A stretch of 33,835 nt of DNA from an uncultured Anaerolineales bacterium (lineage in GTDB: Bacteria; Chloroflexota; Anaerolineae; UBA1429): NCBI GenBank assembly GCA_964402205.1, contig CAYOBT010000001.1:1-33835 (forward strand), in the 5' to 3' direction. The translations under genes and the position numbers were made by a program. Below the pieces are notes generated by a model. The model was not told where the DNA came from, searched no databases, and saw only the letters and a list, made by a program, of their open reading frames with translations. Positions 17,911 to 25,150 of the stretch are shown here, piece after piece. The first letter of the stretch is position 1, and each line of letters opens with the position of its first letter.

Positions 17911-19067
17911 GACGTGGTTCCCTTCTTGCGGGCAGCCTGAACCAGTACGTCCTCTACACGATGCGCCACGCCGTGTGCATCGTAGCGAGCCATCACCCGT
18001 GCACGAGCCGCCTCGCCCATCTCGCGACGCCGCTCCCAGTCCTGGAGAAGGGCCAGCGTCGCGAGACCCAAGGCCTCGTGATCGCCCGGAGGGACGAGCA
18101 AGCCCGTTTCGCCACCCACCACGATCTCCTTGGGGCCACCCTGCGCATAGGCTACCACGGGTCGGCCGGCTGCCATGGCCTCGATGATGACGCGACCGAA
18201 GGGCTCTGGCTCCACAGAGCAGTGTACAGCGACATCCATCGTCGCATAGACAACCGGCATATCTTGCTGGTGGCCGACAAAGACCACGCTCCCCTCAAGC
18301 CCAAGCGAAGCAGCCAGACGCTCTAGCTTGGGCCGGTAAGGCTCTCCCTCCTCAAAGACCGTCCCTCCCACGACGACGAACCTGGCTTCGGGCATGGCAT
18401 CCGCCACTATGCGCATCGCGCGGAGGAAATCCGCATGTCCCTTCCAAGCTCGCAGACGTCCCGCGATACCCACCACAGGAACATCTGCTGCAATGCCCCA
18501 TTGGCTCCGCCTCTCAGCGGCGGCGTCTGGATCCGCAACGAACTCGCCGGGCAGCAAACCATTAGGAACGACCGTCGCCTCGCACGGCAGCGATCTGGAT
18601 ACGGCTTCAGACACCGCAATGACGGAAGTGGCAAGCCGCCCCAGCATCCGCGCATAGAGCCCCCGAGTCAGCATGTCTCGAACGTACCACACTAGTGGCA
18701 CCCGTGACAGCAAGGATGCCAGCCCGCCATACAGGGAGCCGCGAACCGTGTTCGTGCAGATCAGATCGGCATTCTGCTTGCGTGCGAGACGCGCCAGCTC
18801 CCAACCACCTCGTATCAGGATCAAGAACCCCAACAGCCGCCCCCGAACGCGATCCATCGGTAGGATATGGCAGGGCACACCGGCGGCCAAAGCGCGATCT
18901 CGGAGAGGACCCGGCACGCAGGCTAGAAAGGGCGTCACGCGCGACCTATTCAGACAGCGCAGAAGCAGCAACAGGCTATGCTCGGCGCCACCAAGTGCAT
19001 GAGCGTGGTCCACGAACAGCACACGCACGGTCGACCCGTTCCAGGACTCTGCCGATGGGTGATTCAT
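17907..19067 (-). CDS. glycosyltransferase family 4 (GT-B fold)
   Basis: RVLFVDHAHALGGAEHSLL... and SVEPEPFGRVIIEAMAAGRPVVAYAQGGPKEIV. ATG 19067 forms an ATGA overlap with the udk stop, so the 30-codon upstream extension of the ORF is rejected. Confidence 0.85.
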   Translation of the reverse strand: MNHPSAESWNGSTVRVLFVDHAHALGGAEHSLLLLLRCLNRSRVTPFLACVPGPLRDRALAAGVPCHILPMDRVRGRLLGFLILIRGGWELARLARKQNADLICTNTVRGSLYGGLASLLSRVPLVWYVRDMLTRGLYARMLGRLATSVIAVSEAVSRSLPCEATVVPNGLLPGEFVADPDAAAERRSQWGIAADVPVVGIAGRLRAWKGHADFLRAMRIVADAMPEARFVVVGGTVFEEGEPYRPKLERLAASLGLEGSVVFVGHQQDMPVVYATMDVAVHCSVEPEPFGRVIIEAMAAGRPVVAYAQGGPKEIVVGGETGLLVPPGDHEALGLATLALLQDWERRREMGEAARARVMARYDAHGVAHRVEDVLVQAARKKGTTS

Positions 19068-19696
19068 GCCATGCCCAAGGTGGCCCGAAGGCAAGCGCAG
19101 ATCGTCTCCAACACAACGCGATTTCGCCCGCCCTCTGGCACGATCGCGTCGGCGCACCTCTTGGAGGGCTCGACGAACTGCAAATGCATCGGTCGCACGG
19201 TGCCCAGATACTGCGCGATGACCGACGAGAGGTCGCGACAGCGCTCCAGAATGTCCCGCCCAAGCCGTCGAATGAGCCCGATGTCGGCGTCAGCGTCGAC
19301 ATAGACCTTTGCGTCCAGCTCATCGCAAAGATCTGGTATCGCAAGCACGAGAATGCCCTCGACGAGGATAACCGGTCTCGGCTCTACGAAAGTCGTGCGC
19401 TCTGTGCGGCGGTACGTAGCAAAGCCGTGCACCGGCATCTCGATGGGCTCCCAGCACCGGAGGCGCCCCAAGTGCTCGAGGAGCAGCTCTGTCTCCAGGG
19501 CATTCGGGTGATCCATGTTCTGCTGGAGACGTTCAGACATGGAAAGATGGCCTAGGTCGCGATAGTAGGCATCGTGCTGGACGTGCGCGATGTGCTCGCG
19601 GCCCACCTCCTCGAGGATGGCCCGCGAGATGGTCGTCTTGCCCGCCCCAGTGCCCCCCGCTACACCCACCACCAGGGGTACGCCATCCTCAACCAT
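19064..19696 (-). CDS. udk: uridine kinase
   Basis: P-loop VGVAGGTGAGKTT, then HDAYYRD, NMDHPNALE, VILVEGIL, VDADADIGLIRRLGRDILERCRD, VRPMHLQFVEPSKRCADAIVPEGG. Collinear with the Udk family. Confidence 0.9.
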   Translation of the reverse strand: MVEDGVPLVVGVAGGTGAGKTTISRAILEEVGREHIAHVQHDAYYRDLGHLSMSERLQQNMDHPNALETELLLEHLGRLRCWEPIEMPVHGFATYRRTERTTFVEPRPVILVEGILVLAIPDLCDELDAKVYVDADADIGLIRRLGRDILERCRDLSSVIAQYLGTVRPMHLQFVEPSKRCADAIVPEGGRNRVVLETICACLRATLGMA

Positions 19697-19705
19697 GCTC
19701 GCTCT

Positions 19706-20440
19706 TCACTGCCACAGGTAGAGCGTCGGCGTCGCACCCGCCGCCAGAATCCAGACGTGAGCGCCTCCCCAGATCGCCATGGCGAGCACCACCAGCAATA
19801 CGATACGGGGCCACCCACGCCCCGGTTCACCTTCCCCCTTTGCAAGCAGCACCAACCCGGCAGACGTCACCAGCAGAGCAGCTATCCGCGCAGCCAGAAT
19901 CGGCTCCGAGGCTCCCCCAAAGCCCCATGCTCTGCGCGCGCCGATCTCCGCAAGAAGGACGGCCCCTCCCTGCAAAGCTGCGCTCAGGTAGAGTCCGCGC
20001 GACGTGCCAGTGACAGGTTTCATGGCGAGTTCTACCGCCAGTATGCCGATGGCCCACGACCACAGCAGCTCGGCCGTGGCAAACCACCAGCCGCGGGCAA
20101 TCACAGGGACCGCGCCCACGCCCTCCAATGAGGCTAGGAGCATCGCCCCAACAGAGGCCATCAACCAGCCTCTGCCGGGCATACTCTTGGCCTTCCGGGT
20201 AGCCCACAATCCCGCCGCCCATCCGATCACTGCCACGGTCAAGGCTGGCTGTGCCAGCGGACCGCGATCTTGCGTGGCAGGTAACACGCCACACGCGATG
20301 ATCCCTAATCCCATGGCAAAGCGCCAGAGCCATCGCCTCAAGATGGCCAGGCGAGTCCAACGCTCGACGAGGATGGCCAGCAAACCCACCAGGCCACCCA
20401 GCACCAGCAGCCGAGCGGGCAGCGACAGCGACGCCGTCAT
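19706..20440 (-). CDS. polytopic membrane protein, divergent CcsA/ResC-like (cytochrome c assembly family) with degenerate WWD motif
   Basis: About 8 hydrophobic segments. LLAEIGARRAWGFGGASEPILAARIAALLV aligns by eye to GAiWAxxAWGxYWxWDPKExWAxixWL, and the following GRGWPRIVLLVVLAMAIW aligns to the GWRGRRaa...gf segment. ATG 20440 makes an ATGA overlap with the upstream stop. The family call is by-eye only. Confidence 0.5.
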   Translation of the reverse strand: MTASLSLPARLLVLGGLVGLLAILVERWTRLAILRRWLWRFAMGLGIIACGVLPATQDRGPLAQPALTVAVIGWAAGLWATRKAKSMPGRGWLMASVGAMLLASLEGVGAVPVIARGWWFATAELLWSWAIGILAVELAMKPVTGTSRGLYLSAALQGGAVLLAEIGARRAWGFGGASEPILAARIAALLVTSAGLVLLAKGEGEPGRGWPRIVLLVVLAMAIWGGAHVWILAAGATPTLYLWQ

Positions 20441-21825
20441 CAGTCGCCACCCTCCCCACTCTGACAACCAAGTCTTTCGACAAGCTCTGGCCCCCACGAA
20501 GCGGAGGCCAGGCAGACGCATCGGCTACCCGTGTCCGCTGGACTCAACACCACCACCGCGCTCTCTGGGCGCCACCGCCAACGCGCCGCCAAACTGACGA
20601 GGGCAACCCCCAGTGCCATGACGCCTATAGCGGCCGCCACCCGTCCGATCCCCTGCACACGAGGCGCGAGCTGCACCTCAAGATAGTACTCGGGAGCGAA
20701 CGTCGCCACATAGTTACCCAGAGACACCGTGTCGGGCGGCTGTATCGGCTCTCGGCCCAACGACCTGCCGGTATAGCCATCCAGTAGCTCGCCTAGCACT
20801 GCCCATGGGCTAGGTAACCCTGTCGCACCTTCAACCAAGCGCAGCGTCGCTTTGCCCTGGTCCAGTGCCACCAAGTGCTCCTGGTTGACGCCACCGAGGC
20901 GCACACGCAACACCTCCGCCTCTGCCTCAGTCCCAGACATTGAGGAGAGGGTCGCGGCTTGCCCGGTGAGGGAACGGGCAGTGAGGCGGAGCACGGGGCC
21001 GATGCCCACCGCGCGGACAGCTGTATCACGCAAGCTCGTCACTCGCCCTGGGATGAGGCGCATCCTCTGCATCGTGCCGTCTGTGAGCAGGAAAGCGAGA
21101 TCAGCAGCCAGATCGCGCGGCGTTCCATCGGGCCCCGTGCGAAACTGCAGGCGCTTGAGCTGAACCGAGGCGATACCCCAGCGCTCGACATGAGCCTCAC
21201 TGCCAAGAGCAAGGGGGATCGTCAGGTGTTGGTAAGGAGCCGTCTGTCCGAGCCACCATGCCGCCGCCACCAGAAGAAGCGCCACCCACAAACCCCGAAC
21301 GAGAGCGCGGCGCCACCAAGCGTCCAGCGTGCGAGCACGCATCACCACGGTCTCTTCGTCAGCTCGTAGCAGCTGCCAGCCCTCGACGTGCGCAACGTCC
21401 ACAGCCTCTCGCTGCGCATCGTCCCATGGCGCGTCCATCGAGCCGACCGTCGACTGACGTGAGGCCGGAGCCAGCCAACCGAGCATCTCGCCAGCCCCCA
21501 GCAGCGCCAACCATCCTGCGGTGAAACCTTGCAGCGCGCGCACGACCCATCCGCCCCAGGCTCGCACCAGGCCGAGCCGATCCAGCAACTCGCCCACCGC
21601 TGGACGATCTGCCTCGACGGCTGCCAACCATCGTGCCACGGCTGTGCCCTCAGCGACAGACGGCGGACCCGCCTGGGGCACCCAAGAACAGACCAAGAGA
21701 AGGAGCGCCCAGCCGCCTAGAACGATCGCGACGGCCCAACGCGAGGCAAGCACAGACCAAGCGGTGTCCAACCAGCGTAGGGCCATCCGGGTTCCGTTTT
21801 CAGTCTTTGTACGGTTTTCAGACAT
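20440..21825 (-). CDS. ResB/Ccs1-like membrane protein
   Basis: The N-terminus WSVLASRWAVAIVLGGWALLLLVCSWVPQ...LGLVRAWGGWVVRALQGFTAGWLALL follows the ResB pattern (signal-anchor TM ending in ..PQ, then a second TM). A large extracytoplasmic domain and a C-terminal TM (RVAAAIGVMALGVALVSLAA) follow. ATG 21825 is chosen relative to the predicted promoter; 21786 is an alternative start. Confidence 0.55.
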   Translation of the reverse strand: MSENRTKTENGTRMALRWLDTAWSVLASRWAVAIVLGGWALLLLVCSWVPQAGPPSVAEGTAVARWLAAVEADRPAVGELLDRLGLVRAWGGWVVRALQGFTAGWLALLGAGEMLGWLAPASRQSTVGSMDAPWDDAQREAVDVAHVEGWQLLRADEETVVMRARTLDAWWRRALVRGLWVALLLVAAAWWLGQTAPYQHLTIPLALGSEAHVERWGIASVQLKRLQFRTGPDGTPRDLAADLAFLLTDGTMQRMRLIPGRVTSLRDTAVRAVGIGPVLRLTARSLTGQAATLSSMSGTEAEAEVLRVRLGGVNQEHLVALDQGKATLRLVEGATGLPSPWAVLGELLDGYTGRSLGREPIQPPDTVSLGNYVATFAPEYYLEVQLAPRVQGIGRVAAAIGVMALGVALVSLAARWRWRPESAVVVLSPADTGSRCVCLASASWGPELVERLGCQSGEGGD

Positions 21826-21869
21826 GCAGTTGGCTTGTATTCCGCTATGGTGGGGCGAGCAATGCCGCC

Positions 21870-21898
21870 ATTGTACGGGCACGCCGCGCGCGCGTCAA
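21870..21898 (-). promoter_or_regulatory. putative promoter TTGACG-17-TACAAT for the ResB-like/glycan operon
   Basis: Minus strand reads tgTTGACGcgcgcgcggcgtgcccgTACAATggcggc, about 40 nt upstream of ATG 21825. Confidence 0.45.
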
Positions 21899-21910
21899 CA
21901 GGCGTCCCCG

Positions 21911-21939
21911 TTGACATCAGGTCATGGCCCCGCTATACT
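21911..21939 (+). promoter_or_regulatory. putative promoter TTGACA-17-TATACT for the PPIase-folPK operon
   Basis: TTGACA at 21911-21916, 17-nt spacer, TATACT at 21934-21939. It lies back-to-back with the minus-strand promoter. Confidence 0.5.
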
Positions 21940-21995
21940 CGTCCGGTGTTATGTGGCGTCCTTGCGCCCAACAGCACTTCCCACAGGAGGACACG

Positions 21996-23066
21996 TTGCT
22001 CGCCAGAATGCGGTACGCTATCGCCTTGCTGGCCATCTGCGCTACGCTCACGGCGTGCGGCGTACTAGGAACTCCAACGCCACTCCCACCTCTGGAGACA
22101 TCGACAGCCGTACCCGTGACAGCAACCGCAGCGGCGACGCAAGGTCAGCCCACGGAAACTGCGATCCCCAGCGAGACGCCTGCGTCACCGACCGACACGC
22201 CTTTGGCGTCGACAGCTGCTCCCATCGCACAGGCCACAGACCAAGCCAACGCCGAGCTCCCGGAGCATATCGCTGTTCTGGTGAACGGTCAGCCTATCTC
22301 GCGCGAGACCTATCTGAGACAAGTGGCCCAAGCGCGGTCCTACTTTCTCCAGCAACCGGGATTGGATGCGGCCTCAGAAGCCGGCAAACAGGCGCTGGCT
22401 CGCCTGGACCAGCAGGTTCTGCAGTGGCTCATCGACCAGGTCCTCATCGAGCAATCTGCAAAGGACCGAGGCATCCACATCTCGGATCAGGACATCGAGG
22501 CAGCGCTCAACGCCATGCGCGGCGACGATCCCGACCGCTTTGCAGGCTGGCTCGCCTCGAACGCGCTGACCATGGACGAGCTACGTGCACAGGTGCGCTA
22601 CGATCTGCTGACGGCCGCCATGCGCGATCTCGTCACATCGCAAGTGCCGCGTGAGGTCGAGCAGATCCACATCCGACACATCCTCACCTCGGAAGAGTCC
22701 GCCGCCCAGCGAGCTGTCCAGGCCCTGCAAGCCGGCGGCAACTTTATTGCGCTCGCGCGCCAGATCAGCGAGGACGCGACCACGCGCAGCAGCGGGGGGG
22801 ACCTTGGCTTCCTGCCGTATGGCGTGATGCCCCCTACGTTCGATGACGTCGCCTTTGCCATGGAGCCTGGCGAGATCAGCGACGTGGTGCGCAGCGAGTT
22901 TGGGTTCCACGTGATCCAGGTGGTCGAGATCGATCCTGCGAGGCGCGTGCCTGACGATCTCTGGCCAGTCGTGCAAGAACGCGCCTTTGCCACGTGGCTT
23001 GACGAGCAGCGCGCGCAGGCAGACATCCAGATTGCGTCTTGGGTGACTCGCGGACAGGAGGGCTAG
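21996..23066 (+). CDS. parvulin-type peptidyl-prolyl cis-trans isomerase lipoprotein (PrsA/SurA-like)
   Basis: Lipobox LTAC in MRYAIALLAICATLTACG, a SurA-N-like helical region, and a PpiC rotamase domain (HIRHILTSEE...GGDLGFLPYGVMPPTFDDVAF...SEFGFHVIQV). TTG 21996 has GGAGG 5 nt upstream; ATG 22008 is an alternative start. Confidence 0.85.
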   Translation: MLARMRYAIALLAICATLTACGVLGTPTPLPPLETSTAVPVTATAAATQGQPTETAIPSETPASPTDTPLASTAAPIAQATDQANAELPEHIAVLVNGQPISRETYLRQVAQARSYFLQQPGLDAASEAGKQALARLDQQVLQWLIDQVLIEQSAKDRGIHISDQDIEAALNAMRGDDPDRFAGWLASNALTMDELRAQVRYDLLTAAMRDLVTSQVPREVEQIHIRHILTSEESAAQRAVQALQAGGNFIALARQISEDATTRSSGGDLGFLPYGVMPPTFDDVAFAMEPGEISDVVRSEFGFHVIQVVEIDPARRVPDDLWPVVQERAFATWLDEQRAQADIQIASWVTRGQEG

Positions 23067-23076
23067 CCAGCTACCT

Positions 23077-23718
23077 ATGGAGATCGTCTGGTACGGGCAG
23101 TCATGCTTTCGCATCCGCACGCGAGGGGTAGCCGTGGTTACCGACCCGTATGGCCCGGAACTAGGGCCGACCCTGCCCCGCTTGCGAGCTCACATCGTCA
23201 CCGTAAGCCACCAACACGCCGACCACAACTATCTCCGCGCGGTGCGTTCTGGCGCTTATGTTATCAAAGGCCCCGGCGAATACGAGATCCGCAACACGTT
23301 TGTCTTTGGCGTCGCCACCACACACAACACGCCCCGTAACAAGGATCTCGGTCCCAACACCGCCTACTTGGTTGAGATGGACGACATGGCGATCTGTCAC
23401 CTTGGCGATCTGGGCCAACCGCTCACGCAAGAGCAGGTCGAGGAGCTCGACGCCGTGGATATCCTCCTGGTGCCCGTGGGCGGGCGCGACACCCTCACGC
23501 CCAGCGGGGCCGCCGAAGTCATCAGCCAACTAGAGCCCAGCGTCGTGATTCCCATGCACTACAAGGTACCTGGCATTCAGGCCAATCTCGGCTCACTGAC
23601 GCGCTTTCTCAAAGAGATGGGCGTCAGCAACCCCAAGCCAGTCGAGAGCCTCTCTATCTCCAAGACCCAGCTAGGTGACGACCCCCGCGTCGTCGTGCTC
23701 AAGCCGAGCATCTCGTAG
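23077..23718 (+). CDS. MBL-fold metal-dependent hydrolase (UPF0173-like)
   Basis: MEIVWYGQSCFRIRTRGVAVVTDPY... and VSHQHADH (HxHxDH-type motif). Size and pattern are typical of the small MBL hydrolases. Confidence 0.85.
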   Translation: MEIVWYGQSCFRIRTRGVAVVTDPYGPELGPTLPRLRAHIVTVSHQHADHNYLRAVRSGAYVIKGPGEYEIRNTFVFGVATTHNTPRNKDLGPNTAYLVEMDDMAICHLGDLGQPLTQEQVEELDAVDILLVPVGGRDTLTPSGAAEVISQLEPSVVIPMHYKVPGIQANLGSLTRFLKEMGVSNPKPVESLSISKTQLGDDPRVVVLKPSIS

Positions 23719-23741
23719 CGCTACCATCAGCAAGGGAGGCC

Positions 23742-24641
23742 ATGGGCTACCGGCAAGCTCACACCAACATCGGCAAGAGTGCGTTCACCTGGGGCACTCG
23801 CACCTATGTTATGGGCATCCTCAATGTGACACCGGATAGCTTCTCCGGCGACGGCCTGCTTCAGGACCACCAAGGGGAGACGCCGCTAGCTCGTGGCTTG
23901 CGCTTTGTAGCAGAGGGAGCGGACATCCTCGACGTGGGCGCCGAATCTACGCGACCTGGCGCAGCACCTGTTGATGGCGAGGAAGAGATCGCACGCCTCA
24001 TCCCCGTCATCCGTGCCCTGAGGCAAGCGACGGACACCCCCGTCTCCGTGGACACCTACAAGGCAGACGTGGCACGCGCTGCCCTCGACGCCGGCGCCGC
24101 TATGGTCAACGATGTGTGGGGCTTGCAGATGGATCCAGAGATGGCCCCTTTGGTGGCCGAGAGACAGGTTCCCATCGTGATCATGCACAATCGGAGCAAG
24201 CCTCGCAACGCTGCCCAGGAGGAACGCCTAGGGGGCCGCTACATAGGCGTTCACTATGATGACCTGGTAGGCGATATCCTGCGCGAACTGTGTGCCCAGA
24301 TCAATCTGGCTCGCCAAGCGGGCATAGGTGACGGCCAGATCATCATTGACCCCGGCATTGGCTTTGGCAAGACGGTAGAGCAGAATCTGGAACTCCTATG
24401 GCACACTGGCGCCCTGGCCCATCTTGGCTACCCGATCCTCGTTGGGCCTTCCCGCAAGTCCTTCATTGGCTACACGTTGGATCTCCCTCAGGAGGAGCGG
24501 CTAGAAGGCACCGCAGCAACAGTGGCCATCGGCATCGCCCGCGGCGCCGACATTGTGCGAGTACATGACGTCCAAGCCATGTCGCGCGTAGCGCGTATGT
24601 CCGACGCCATCGTTCGACGGGACTGGAGGCCATGGCGTTAG
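23742..24641 (+). CDS. folP: dihydropteroate synthase
   Basis: VMGILNVTPDSFSGDG, ADILDVGAESTRPGA, VSVDTYK, MVNDVWG, IIDPGIGFGKT, VGPSRKSFIG and IVRVHDV are canonical DHPS motifs. SD AGGGAGG lies upstream. Confidence 0.95.
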   Translation: MGYRQAHTNIGKSAFTWGTRTYVMGILNVTPDSFSGDGLLQDHQGETPLARGLRFVAEGADILDVGAESTRPGAAPVDGEEEIARLIPVIRALRQATDTPVSVDTYKADVARAALDAGAAMVNDVWGLQMDPEMAPLVAERQVPIVIMHNRSKPRNAAQEERLGGRYIGVHYDDLVGDILRELCAQINLARQAGIGDGQIIIDPGIGFGKTVEQNLELLWHTGALAHLGYPILVGPSRKSFIGYTLDLPQEERLEGTAATVAIGIARGADIVRVHDVQAMSRVARMSDAIVRRDWRPWR

Positions 24642-25150
24642 TCTATCTTGTCCTAGGAAGTAACCTTGGGGACCGGGCCACCTCGATCCAAGCGGCTCTT
24701 GCAGAGCTGCCATTGTATGGCCTGAAGGTCCTCAGAACGGCCCGGCTGTACGAGACCGAGCCTTGGGGCGTGACCGACCAACCTCGTTTTCTCAACAGCG
24801 CCTGCATCACCAAGACGACGTTGCCACCACTGCGCACGTTGCAGGCAGCCAAGGCCATCGAGCGCGCTCTAGGTCGCACTCCTACCTGGCGCTGGGGCCC
24901 ACGCGCCATCGACATCGACCTGCTACTCTATGACAGTGTGATCCTCGACAGCGCACAACTAACGTTGCCTCACCCGGGCCTCCTCGATCGCGTCTATGTC
25001 CTGGTACCGCTGGCAGAGATCGCCCCTAATGTGCCACACCCCATCACCCATAGGACGATGCTCGAGCATCTGCAGGCAATGGGGCCCCTGTCGGACGTTG
25101 CGCCCTACCCTCCAGGACTGGCATCTTCCGACGACTCTCCGTTGCCATGA
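24632..25150 (+). CDS. folK: 2-amino-4-hydroxy-6-hydroxymethyldihydropteridine diphosphokinase (HPPK)
   Basis: YLVLGSNLGDR, SRLYETEPWG-type motif (ARLYETEPWGV), QPRFLN, GPRAIDIDLLLY, LTLPHP. Overlaps folP by 10 nt. Confidence 0.9.
   Translation: MALVYLVLGSNLGDRATSIQAALAELPLYGLKVLRTARLYETEPWGVTDQPRFLNSACITKTTLPPLRTLQAAKAIERALGRTPTWRWGPRAIDIDLLLYDSVILDSAQLTLPHPGLLDRVYVLVPLAEIAPNVPHPITHRTMLEHLQAMGPLSDVAPYPPGLASSDDSPLP

Noticed and set aside
19068-19157. 30-codon N-terminal extension of the first GT4 gene
   Set aside because: It would lie entirely inside udk. ATG 19067 gives an ATGA coupling and a family-typical N-terminus.
21894-21915. Inverted repeat GTCAAC-N10-GTTGAC as a transcription-factor operator
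   Set aside because: It is fully explained by two divergent -35 hexamers belonging to the back-to-back promoters.
21521-22654. 377-aa plus-strand ORF spanning the ResB-like gene, the intergenic promoters and the PPIase gene
   Set aside because: It runs through a promoter region and overlaps two better-supported genes. The Arg/Ser/Pro-rich sequence has no motifs.
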